20,000 bases of DNA from an uncultured virus (IMG/VR IMGVR_UViG_3300049846_000869). Its lineage: Duplodnaviria; Heunggongvirae; Uroviricota; Caudoviricetes. Shown piece after piece: positions 1 through 7,197 of this stretch. The notes under the pieces were generated by a model. It ran no database searches, was not told the DNA's origin, and saw nothing but the letters and a program-made list of their open reading frames with translations. Position 1 is the stretch's first letter. Each line of letters begins with the position of its first letter. Both the position numbers and the translations under genes were made by a program. The stretch lies in IMG/VR virus record IMGVR_UViG_3300049846_000869. One strand, 5' to 3'.

Positions 1-21
1 GCGGACATTCATCCGACTAGA

Positions 22-294
22 ATGAACTTGAACAAGGCTATTCTGTCTTTCAATAAAAGAAATGGTAGATACCCGGTAGACACTTATCGTTCTGCTGCTG
101 GAAGGAAGTTCACGGTCTTCGGAGTTGTTGTATCCAAGGAAAGCTTTAAAATCAACATCACCCCATTGAAGAAGGTCATGAAGACCAAACCGACCGACAA
201 GCAAATCCAATTATTGGAAACAGCTTATAGCCGAGTCCCTAAAGTCACCAAAAAGAAACTCGGAAAGAAACCTGAAATCTTTATCTATAGTTAA
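22..294 (+). CDS. Hypothetical basic protein; may be the 3' part of a gene starting before the window
   Basis: Lys-rich ORF whose end overlaps the convergent kinase gene by 4 nt. Confidence 0.5.
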   Translation: MNLNKAILSFNKRNGRYPVDTYRSAAGRKFTVFGVVVSKESFKINITPLKKVMKTKPTDKQIQLLETAYSRVPKVTKKKLGKKPEIFIYS

Positions 295-1112
295 TAGTAA
301 GGGTCAGTAATGACCAATTGAGGGTATGCCCCGCCGCGACGAATCATAAGGTTTCCCTCATGGATATCATTACCGGGGCTGGCGTACTGATAACCGATAT
401 CCTGTGGGTTGGTCATACAATGGTGGACCCATTCAACAGCATCTAACAATCTTGGGTCTACGATGACTTCTTCGTTAGGGTCATTGACATTAGAATCTAT
501 AAGCCTTGTGATGATTGCAATCATCATGTTCTTAAGTTTAGGATTGTCCTCTTTTATCATTCTCATGAGGTCGTATTCTTTGACGGTACGGCCCTTACCA
601 TACTTGGCATTGAATCTTTCTTCAGCAGTTTTCTCCCAAGAAGCGCCGCTAACCATCAGTTCTTTGAAGGAATCAGAGTCAAGGATTCTGACTTTAAAAT
701 CATCCCCGAAGTAATGCGTCCCCATCGTGAAGATTTCTTGAGCCGTGCAGGAACGGAACGGCAACAGCCTTTCCATTTTAACTATTTTTTTCTGAACCAT
801 GTCGTGCCTTTCACCCTTCTGCTTCGCGGTCACAACCTTGAAGAATCTAGGAAAGAAAGGATTGGATTGCCCATGCTTCTCATTGTAGAACAGGACAGCA
901 TCAACGAAAAAATTATAATGGTCTTCTACCCTGTTCTCATTGTGAGAAGAAAGCTTGACCACTTCATGAGGATTGTTAGACTTGACAGTAATCCCGTACT
1001 TACCCTTGCCTATGAGTCGCTTAGGATTGTTCAAAGCCGAGGTACGGTCATAGAGTCCCTTGGAAGGGTTGACTCTCTTGGTCACCGGATTTAGAATTTC
1101 ATTAATCTTCAT
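291..1112 (-). CDS. T7 gp0.7-like Ser/Thr protein kinase, paralog 3 (start reassigned to MKINEIL)
   Basis: Gly-rich loop IGKGKYG, EVVK lysine, NPFFP, MERL, catalytic loop DIHEGNLM and LVITDP; same motif order as I recall for the T7 gp0.7 kinase domain (LGNGHFS/RVIK/DMHSGNIMF/ITDP). ATG at 1112 lies 2 nt past the upstream paralog's stop. Confidence 0.85.
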   Translation of the reverse strand: MKINEILNPVTKRVNPSKGLYDRTSALNNPKRLIGKGKYGITVKSNNPHEVVKLSSHNENRVEDHYNFFVDAVLFYNEKHGQSNPFFPRFFKVVTAKQKGERHDMVQKKIVKMERLLPFRSCTAQEIFTMGTHYFGDDFKVRILDSDSFKELMVSGASWEKTAEERFNAKYGKGRTVKEYDLMRMIKEDNPKLKNMMIAIITRLIDSNVNDPNEEVIVDPRLLDAVEWVHHCMTNPQDIGYQYASPGNDIHEGNLMIRRGGAYPQLVITDPYY

Positions 1113-1114
1113 GG

Positions 1115-1780
1115 TTAGACATTCTCGGTCCAAGGGTCCGTGATGACAAGGTGTGGCCCTTGAGGTGTGCGCCTCCACATCAAATTGCCGGAATGAATGT
1201 CCCAACGAAGATTCGGATTCTGCTTCTTATAATTATTCAAGAAGTCAACAGCCTCTTGGAACCTGAAGTCCGCAATCTCAACACCTTTTTCGTCTGGGTA
1301 CTTAAGAGCCGCCTCAACATTGTCTATCAAGTCATAGACGCCGGGAGTTTCAGGAACAAAATATCTTGTCTTAGAGAACATAAATGTAATCATCTGTTTA
1401 ATGTCGGAAGATTCTAGGTCATACATCCCACGGAGTCTTTCCATTTTAATGACCATAGCCGTATCAGCATCTTTCTTGAACTCATTGACTCTGGTGAATA
1501 CAGGGAAGTAAGGATTCGGTCTTTTGTGGGTACGCTGGAACTCGATGACAGCTTTAACGAAGGCAGGGTATCCGTCCTTGAAGGAACGCCCATTATTATC
1601 GAGCTTGGTTTTCTTTATGACTTCAAAGGGGTTCTTGGAGGTTCTGACCGTGGCGAACAGCCCGGTTCCTAGTCTCTTAGGGTCATGGGCATCAGGGTCC
1701 ATACCAGCCCTAATTCTATCAAGGGGCTTGGTGGCAGTATAAGTTTTATGTACGGGTTCTAAGATTTCAAGTATCTTCAT
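1115..1780 (-). CDS. T7 gp0.7-like Ser/Thr protein kinase, paralog 2 (start reassigned to MKILEILE)
   Basis: LGTGLFA, EVIKK, NPYFP, MERL, DIHSGNLM, LVITDP; TAAATA and AGGA upstream of the ATG at 1780. Confidence 0.88.
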   Translation of the reverse strand: MKILEILEPVHKTYTATKPLDRIRAGMDPDAHDPKRLGTGLFATVRTSKNPFEVIKKTKLDNNGRSFKDGYPAFVKAVIEFQRTHKRPNPYFPVFTRVNEFKKDADTAMVIKMERLRGMYDLESSDIKQMITFMFSKTRYFVPETPGVYDLIDNVEAALKYPDEKGVEIADFRFQEAVDFLNNYKKQNPNLRWDIHSGNLMWRRTPQGPHLVITDPWTENV

Positions 1781-1802
1781 AGTGGACAGTTTCCTATAGG
1801 AG

Positions 1803-1808
1803 TATTTA
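1803..1808 (-). promoter_or_regulatory. T4-type late promoter motif TAAATA upstream of kinase paralog 2
   Basis: Minus strand reads ccTAAATActcctataggaaactgtccactATG. Confidence 0.55.
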
Positions 1809-2423
1809 GGAAAGGGGGTCGGTGATAACGAGGTGTGGACCTTGGGGAGTCCAACGGAACATGATATTCCCAAGCCCTATATCTGGAAAACTGCTATTTT
1901 CTTTCTGGACCCTTTTTATTAATTCTATGGCTTCCTCTAACCTGAAGTCAACAATAATACTGGGGTCTATATCCCCATCAATAAGGCCACGCAACTTGGT
2001 GAGTATTCCAACCTTAGCATCACTAACAGGCCCAGAGAACATACGGGTATACATCTCATAGGCATCCTCTTCAGAAAGCTGAGAAAGATGCTGTAGCCTT
2101 TCCATACGAATGTTCATCAATTCGTGACCGGGGTATTTCCCATTAGCATTCTTAGCAGATACAACACGAAAGAACTTAGGGAAGTAGGGATTCTCCCCCT
2201 TAGCTTTAGTATACTCAATGATGGCTCTGACATAAGCAGGATAACCGTCTTCAGAGAATTGATTAACATCTCTGGATATGGTTTTCTTAATGACTTCGAA
2301 AGGATTCTTAGAGTGGTGGACTGTACTGTAATACCCAGCATCATCATAGTTCTGGTCTCTAGACCTAACAACGCTCTTACGGTTATAGATGCCTTTCTTG
2401 GGTATAATGTCTCTAATGTTCAT
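1806..2423 (-). CDS. T7 gp0.7-like kinase, paralog 1, with divergent Gly-loop and catalytic loop
   Basis: DAGYYS, EVIKK, NPYFP, MERL, DIGLGNIMF, LVITDP; AAGGA SD and TAAATA upstream. Confidence 0.8.
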   Translation of the reverse strand: MNIRDIIPKKGIYNRKSVVRSRDQNYDDAGYYSTVHHSKNPFEVIKKTISRDVNQFSEDGYPAYVRAIIEYTKAKGENPYFPKFFRVVSAKNANGKYPGHELMNIRMERLQHLSQLSEEDAYEMYTRMFSGPVSDAKVGILTKLRGLIDGDIDPSIIVDFRLEEAIELIKRVQKENSSFPDIGLGNIMFRWTPQGPHLVITDPLS

Positions 2424-2446
2424 AGTGATTACATTTCCTTCTTGGG

Positions 2447-2454
2447 TATTTATT
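2447..2454 (-). promoter_or_regulatory. T4-type late promoter motif (AATAAATA) upstream of kinase paralog 1
   Basis: Minus strand reads aaTAAATAcccaagaaggaaatgtaatcactATG. Confidence 0.55.
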
Positions 2455-2460
2455 AAACCC

Positions 2461-2503
2461 TTAAATACCCCTATAGAGGATATCCTTACGCGAGCGTTAG
2501 GAT
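2461..2503 (+). repeat. TAAATA-N18-TTACGCKAGCGTTAGG element, copy 1
   Basis: TAAATA at 2462, TTACG at 2486; imperfect palindrome ATCCTTACGCGAGCGTTAGGAT. Confidence 0.75.
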
Positions 2504-2593
2504 TAAGCTATTAGGAAACGGTGGGAAGATTTTAGGTGATAACAGGGTAACGCTCATCAGGATTAGGAGCGGTTACTAGATGGGTAGAAAGTC

Positions 2594-2640
2594 CTTAAAT
2601 AGCCTATTTGACCTATCCCTTACGCTAGCGTTAGGGTTTA
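2594..2640 (+). repeat. TAAATA-N18-TTACGCKAGCGTTAGG element, copy 2
   Basis: TAAATA at 2596, TTACG at 2620; CCCTTACGCTAGCGTTAGGG. Confidence 0.8.
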
Positions 2641-2676
2641 TTAGGTGAACAGGAAAGAAAGGGTGTTTATAATTGT

Positions 2677-2726
2677 GATATCATGTTGATATCGTACTGA
2701 TATTATAGGGATATTGTTATAATATC
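2677..2726 (+). repeat. Five RATATY motifs at 11-bp phase
   Basis: GATATC 2677, GATATC 2688, GATATT 2699, GATATT 2710, AATATC 2721. Confidence 0.7.
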
Positions 2727-2789
2727 GTATGGCGGGTTATAATAAACGATAGGAGAAGCATAAACGAGCAATCTAAGTATACCCTGCGT

Positions 2790-3005
2790 GTAAAAAGCTT
2801 TGCAACTTTTTGATAACATTGAAAAAAGTTGCGTCAATTAATGTTTTAGAAAGTTTTGTAAAGTTTTTTGTAATCTTTTTTAATCGTTATTAATGATTAG
2901 AAAACCCTTTAAAAAGCTTTCTTATTTTTTCTGAGGCGTTATTAATAAAAATTCCATAAGCTTTTTTAAGGGTTTTTTTATTCTTGATTAACTTTCCTCA
3001 TTAAA
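2790..3005. other. AT-rich tract with poly-T/poly-A runs (possible unwinding element)
   Basis: Visibly very low GC; inverted repeat GCAACTTTTT/AAAAAGTTGC at about 2802-2833; repeated AAAGTTTT(T)TGTA. Confidence 0.55.
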
Positions 3006-3006
3006 G

Positions 3007-3201
3007 TTGTCAACAGGTTATCCACAGGATATCCACATATCAACAGGCTGTCCACAGGATATCCACAGGGGTTGTTGATAAAGTGTGGATAACTTTTTTC
3101 ATGGTAAAACAATCCTATAGGAAACCTCAATAAAACTTTCGGAAAAGTGCCGAAAGGCTTATAAAGATTTTCCTTTATCTCAGGTTTATGCCTGTGGATA
3201 A
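3007..3201. promoter_or_regulatory. Cluster of DnaA boxes (oriC-like or DnaA-titrating array)
   Basis: Perfect TTATCCACA at 3018 (+), 3084 (-) and 3193 (-); near matches at 3007, 3029, 3037, 3048, 3059 (+) and 3073 (-); mostly 11-bp spacing. Confidence 0.8.
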
Positions 3202-3551
3202 CTTTTTTCCGAGTTGTTAAAGAGCGTCCAGAAAAGACTGGCAAAAAATCGAACAAGGCCGTATCCGGATAGTTGAGAACGATTCTCAACACCTAGAAGT
3301 CGGCCATCTACCATTATATCGCGTTTGGCTTTTCTAGTCCATTTATTATTTCCGAGAATGTTTTATTAATACAACATGGCTTCGGAAAGTGTTGGAATTC
3401 TACCACAGGTTCCGAGGTTGTCCATTTGTATATTCACCGGTTTATGAAATCTGAAAGATGTTACATAATACTGTTGACGGCTTATAATTTTTCTGGCAAA
3501 ATGGGTGTGGAAGGTTGGTGGTAGGGCGTCGTTTTTTGTGGCACTCTCTGC

Positions 3552-3580
3552 TTGACATTGTTGGGATGTGAATGTAGTAT
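3552..3580 (+). promoter_or_regulatory. Sigma70-type early promoter; transcript probably leaderless
   Basis: TTGACA-N17-TAGTAT; ATG begins 7 nt after the -10 box. Confidence 0.75.
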
Positions 3581-3586
3581 GGTGAG

Positions 3587-4051
3587 ATGAGTGCAGCCCT
3601 GAAACAGTTCTATGACTTCCCCTACCATTCTTGGAATGACCAAGAAGATGCCGTTCGGGTCATCTCGGTGTACCGCGTCGAGAGTCCGGAGGGTGACGGT
3701 CCTTTTCAGGATGAGGCGTTCAAGAATTCAGAGGACTACATGGATGCGGACTTCGCCTTCCATGCTAACCGGTTTCCCACCCCTTGGATGGATGAGAATA
3801 TTGCCGGGAAGATTCGGCACAATGACTTCAACTATTACTGCGGATGTTCATCCATGCGACAGCTTGAAGACTGGTTCGCTCCTTTCTGGGAGATGCTCCA
3901 TGCTTATAATTTCCGCGTGGTAGTCTATCAGGTTCCTGCCGAGCATGTCATCATCGGGAAGCATCAGGTGGTGTTTAAGAAGGAACATGCTACCGGTAAA
4001 AAGACTTTGACTTGGGCGGGTGCCTATGGTAATATCCGTCCTATAATTTAG
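3587..4051 (+). CDS. Phage protein, possible ADP-ribosyltransferase-like fold
   Basis: 154-aa ORF directly behind a promoter; VYRVE..GxGPF, GCSS and QVVF fall in ART-like R-S-(Q/E) order (function speculative). Confidence 0.75.
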   Translation: MSAALKQFYDFPYHSWNDQEDAVRVISVYRVESPEGDGPFQDEAFKNSEDYMDADFAFHANRFPTPWMDENIAGKIRHNDFNYYCGCSSMRQLEDWFAPFWEMLHAYNFRVVVYQVPAEHVIIGKHQVVFKKEHATGKKTLTWAGAYGNIRPII

Positions 4052-4060
4052 GAGTTGTCC

Positions 4061-4198
4061 GTGGAAAAGATGATTGATTGCCCCAACTGTTACGGTTCTG
4101 GAAAAGACACCTTCGTAGACCAAAATGGGGTCCATGAGGAAAATTGCGAATTGTGTGATGGTACCGGGGAGATTGAATCCTCTGGGGAAGATGAATAA
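4061..4198 (+). CDS. 45-aa DnaJ-type (CxxCxGxG)2 zinc-finger miniprotein, not in the ORF track
   Basis: AGGAG SD, GTG start; CPNCYGSG...CELCDGTG; TAATG coupling to the next ORF. Confidence 0.75.
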   Translation: MEKMIDCPNCYGSGKDTFVDQNGVHEENCELCDGTGEIESSGEDE

Positions 4199-4377
4199 TG
4201 GACCATTCTAAACAATGCGACCATTGCCATAAAGACTGCTTGGACTGTAATGGTACCGGTATGGTTACCCGTACTTTAAAGTCTGGCACTCCCGTTGAAG
4301 ATATTTGCCAAACCTGCCACGGTGATGGTAGAGTCCCTAAGAGGTATGAGAACAATGAACAGCCCTATAGTCATTAA
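4198..4377 (+). CDS. 59-aa DnaJ-type zinc-finger miniprotein, not in the ORF track
   Basis: MDHSKQCDHCHKDCLDCNGTG...CQTCHGDG; coupled to the upstream ORF. Confidence 0.75.
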   Translation: MDHSKQCDHCHKDCLDCNGTGMVTRTLKSGTPVEDICQTCHGDGRVPKRYENNEQPYSH

Positions 4378-4693
4378 TTTCTGGGATGATTTCTACGATG
4401 ATGGTTGTGTTCCTGAAGGTGAGATTCAGGAAACCCATGCTTATGTGGAAAGCCCATATCAGATGCCTGACAGCATCAAATATACAATCCTTCAGGAACT
4501 TTCTCAACATATCAATAAGCAGCACTCGCATCTCATTGAAGGTGTTAATATCTGTCTTAGTGGTACTAGGAGATATGGTAATGAGTATACTTGGAGATTA
4601 GTGTTCGACAATATCACTCATAAACAACTCGAAGCCTTGGTGGAACAGCTTGAGAAGTCCATTACTTGGGCTAGAATCATTAGTGAATCATAA
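4355..4693 (+). CDS. Hypothetical protein (start MNSPIV)
   Basis: In-operon ORF; GAGG/GAG upstream. Confidence 0.7.
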   Translation: MNSPIVINFWDDFYDDGCVPEGEIQETHAYVESPYQMPDSIKYTILQELSQHINKQHSHLIEGVNICLSGTRRYGNEYTWRLVFDNITHKQLEALVEQLEKSITWARIISES

Positions 4694-4695
4694 AC

Positions 4696-4890
4696 ATGAA
4701 AAGATGGCTTGTAATTGTAAACGACCAATACTATCCTTCTGCCGGTACTAGGGACTGGAGAGGCTGTTTCAAAACTCGTCCTGAAGCCGAAGCGTATGCT
4801 GCGACTATCGAGAGAGATGGTAATAGCGTTGAAATCGTTGACTTGTTTCAATGGATTGACCCAGACAAAGACTTCTGGGATTGGAAATAA
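4696..4890 (+). CDS. Hypothetical protein
   Basis: Tightly packed in operon. Confidence 0.75.
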   Translation: MKRWLVIVNDQYYPSAGTRDWRGCFKTRPEAEAYAATIERDGNSVEIVDLFQWIDPDKDFWDWK

Positions 4891-4891
4891 A

Positions 4892-5080
4892 ATGGCTAAG
4901 AAGAAAGACTTTATTGATGCTCTCCAGCAATTGACCCTTGATGGTGAAATCTATGATTATGAAAGACGAATCATGGAGAATGTCATGTCTAACATCCAGA
5001 TGAACCTGATGTTCGCCAAGAAACACCTTGAGGCCGATTCTTACCAGCGCCTTCTTGAAATCATAGAGGATGTAAAATAA
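4892..5080 (+). CDS. Hypothetical protein (start MAKKKDF)
   Basis: ATG 1 nt after the previous stop. Confidence 0.7.
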   Translation: MAKKKDFIDALQQLTLDGEIYDYERRIMENVMSNIQMNLMFAKKHLEADSYQRLLEIIEDVK

Positions 5081-5082
5081 CC

Positions 5083-5352
5083 ATGTGTACTGAAAAATGC
5101 TCCCACGGATACCCCAAGACCAAGCCTGAGACTGAACATTATGTTGTTCCTCCGGGATTCGTCAATGAGGGTCAACATCGTATCCACACCAGCATTCGTT
5201 GGATGTGGTTTTGTATGGCGCTAGCCTTGGTGCAGTTGCCCGGAATGGCCGACCCGAATATCAGACCGTTTGCGGTCGGTATTCTAATCCTGAACATTGG
5301 TATGGCATTCCTGTACAGCCTTAGAATTGACGAAATCAACAAACCGGAGTAA
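5083..5352 (+). CDS. Hypothetical membrane protein (about 2 TM)
   Basis: GAGG SD; two hydrophobic segments. Confidence 0.7.
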   Translation: MCTEKCSHGYPKTKPETEHYVVPPGFVNEGQHRIHTSIRWMWFCMALALVQLPGMADPNIRPFAVGILILNIGMAFLYSLRIDEINKPE

Positions 5353-5355
5353 CTC

Positions 5356-5607
5356 ATGAAACAATATTTTACCAAACTTCCTCGCTCAATCAAGGCTGGT
5401 CTTGCCGGGATGGGCATTTCTGCTGCGATGATTATTTTCACTAGTGTAATCTTTATGATAGGTAATTGGGTTGAGGCCACCTTCGGGCGTGAGGCCATGC
5501 AGCTTACCATATTGTTTATCTTTTTCAGTACCATATGTTCCCTTCCGGCCTATTTTATTTGGTTCGCTGAAGAGAAGAAAGAAGGTGGAGAAACTAAAAA
5601 TGGTTAA
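5356..5607 (+). CDS. Hypothetical membrane protein (about 2 TM)
   Basis: GGAG SD; two hydrophobic segments. Confidence 0.75.
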   Translation: MKQYFTKLPRSIKAGLAGMGISAAMIIFTSVIFMIGNWVEATFGREAMQLTILFIFFSTICSLPAYFIWFAEEKKEGGETKNG

Positions 5608-5824
5608 GAGACTCGCACTATCGGTGTTATTTGGCATTGCTGCAACCGCTGCTATGCTTGGTGCCCTCTTAGGGCTTATCAAACTTTCACATATGGCCGT
5701 TGCTCTGTTAGGCGGAACCTATGCTTTAATCGGGTTCCTGTTGCTATGTGTAGCAGGGTTATTCACAGGATTCATGTATTACAATGTTTTCAATGAAAAG
5801 CCGAAAGGCGGGATGTACTGGTAA
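5600..5824 (+). CDS. Hypothetical membrane protein (start MVKRLAL)
   Basis: GGAG SD; two hydrophobic segments; TAATG coupling downstream. Confidence 0.7.
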   Translation: MVKRLALSVLFGIAATAAMLGALLGLIKLSHMAVALLGGTYALIGFLLLCVAGLFTGFMYYNVFNEKPKGGMYW

Positions 5825-6111
5825 TGAGCGACCTTAGACAAAAAATTCAAAGCCTTGCCCGCGCCTTTGATGCCGAGGACAATGCTGCTAGCGACCTGTG
5901 GACATGGTTGCCTTCTTACGAGATTGCTAAGAAGAACCACGGAGATTACGCTTTCAATTTTCAACCTACCATAGAGAGTCTTATGGTAGAAGCCTCAATG
6001 GTGTTGGCTAACTATAAAAACGGTAAGCCTTTCGGCACCGGAACAGAATATTGGCCGGAAAATGAATGTCCGTGTGGTGAGTACGATTGCCAGAAAAAGG
6101 ATGAGTCGTAA
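5824..6111 (+). CDS. Hypothetical protein with C-terminal CPCGxxxC
   Basis: TAATG coupling at both ends. Confidence 0.75.
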   Translation: MSDLRQKIQSLARAFDAEDNAASDLWTWLPSYEIAKKNHGDYAFNFQPTIESLMVEASMVLANYKNGKPFGTGTEYWPENECPCGEYDCQKKDES

Positions 6112-6293
6112 TGGAATTCGCTCTCAACACAGCGTTTGTTCTTTATGGATTGGTAGGTGCCACATTCGTTGGTCGAGGTGCGTATCTGGCCTTGATTGAA
6201 GAACGCGATGACCCGATTTTAATTCTCGGGTACTGTATCTTTGGTGCGTTCATTGTGCTACACTCTCTCCAATACTTTGGAGCATTCAAATGA
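6111..6293 (+). CDS. Small membrane protein
   Basis: Coupled start; two hydrophobic segments. Confidence 0.7.
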   Translation: MEFALNTAFVLYGLVGATFVGRGAYLALIEERDDPILILGYCIFGAFIVLHSLQYFGAFK

Positions 6294-6508
6294 ACTTCGA
6301 GATGCTGTTACGATTTGTTAAGAAGTCTGCTATCGAGGCTGTTAGGCTTACGGTACTGGTGTGGATTGGATACTTTCTCACAACCCTGCTAGGCTTCGAG
6401 ATGCCCGAGCAGGTGTTCATCATTGTGTGCTTCCAATTGGCTATCTTCTTCTTTGCGTTCTTCTTCAATCGCTACATTGAGATTACGGTATTCAATCGAG
6501 AAGTGTAA
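6290..6508 (+). CDS. Small membrane protein
   Basis: ATGA overlap; GGAG SD; hydrophobic. Confidence 0.7.
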   Translation: MNFEMLLRFVKKSAIEAVRLTVLVWIGYFLTTLLGFEMPEQVFIIVCFQLAIFFFAFFFNRYIEITVFNREV

Positions 6509-6690
6509 TGAGTGCCAAGAGTTATCGAAAGATGGGTAAGGAACAATGGGGGAACTGGTTTCCCGCAGGTTCCAAGAAACGCGACGACCGTAAAGACAAG
6601 CGCGAAGTTAGGCGTCTTGGTCATAAATCTGCCCGTAAAGCTGCTCAGAGAGAATTAGAGAAAGAGGTTAAAGACACATCCAATGACTGA
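6508..6690 (+). CDS. Small basic hypothetical protein
   Basis: TAATG coupling; Arg/Lys-rich helix. Confidence 0.7.
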   Translation: MSAKSYRKMGKEQWGNWFPAGSKKRDDRKDKREVRRLGHKSARKAAQRELEKEVKDTSND

Positions 6691-7012
6691 AGATAAACTT
6701 CCAACTAGAGATGACTTGGTTTCCATGCTGCTCATCAGCAGGAATGCCATGAACGAAGCCTTGGCAAAGATGACAGTCCACAACTTGGACCGCTCTGCGA
6801 AAGAATTGGCCCAGCGAATCGAGCAGTTGAACGAATTCATCGAAAGCATTAAGAAAGTGACTGTCGTTCCTCTTGAGCCTAATAAAGAGATGACCGAGGC
6901 TGGTGCTTGGGTCATGAAAGATATCCAAGAAGTCTCACCGTACACACATCCCAACGACCGTGCGGCCTTGATGTTCAAGGCTATGTCTTCTGCGTGGAAT
7001 GAAAGACAATGA
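6683..7012 (+). CDS. Hypothetical protein
   Basis: In operon; GAGG SD. Confidence 0.75.
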   Translation: MTEDKLPTRDDLVSMLLISRNAMNEALAKMTVHNLDRSAKELAQRIEQLNEFIESIKKVTVVPLEPNKEMTEAGAWVMKDIQEVSPYTHPNDRAALMFKAMSSAWNERQ

Positions 7013-7197
7013 CTGTACTTAAGCGAGCCTTCATCTCTGGTATGATAGCAGGAATCATCTTTGCTATCATGCTCGTCATTTCTGTAATCCTACATGGCGA
7101 CACATTTGGTCAGAGATGTGCTACACTACATGAATCTGGTTCCCCTGAGTGGAACCAATGTGTTCAGAGACTAACCGAAGGGAAACCGCTAACATGA
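7009..7197 (+). CDS. Small protein with N-terminal TM and a C-terminal Cys pair
   Basis: ATGA overlap; hydrophobic N-terminus. Confidence 0.7.
   Translation: MTVLKRAFISGMIAGIIFAIMLVISVILHGDTFGQRCATLHESGSPEWNQCVQRLTEGKPLT

Noticed and set aside
409..2456. Plus-strand ORFs within the kinase array
   Set aside because: Antisense shadows of well-supported kinase genes
3007..3092. Possible CRISPR array or mini-array
   Set aside because: Repeats are 9 bp with ~2-bp gaps; no 25-40 nt repeats with unique spacers and no cas genes
2978..3292. 104-aa minus-strand ORF with repeated CGYPVD
   Set aside because: The repeats are just the translation of the DnaA-box array; no SD seen and the region is otherwise non-coding
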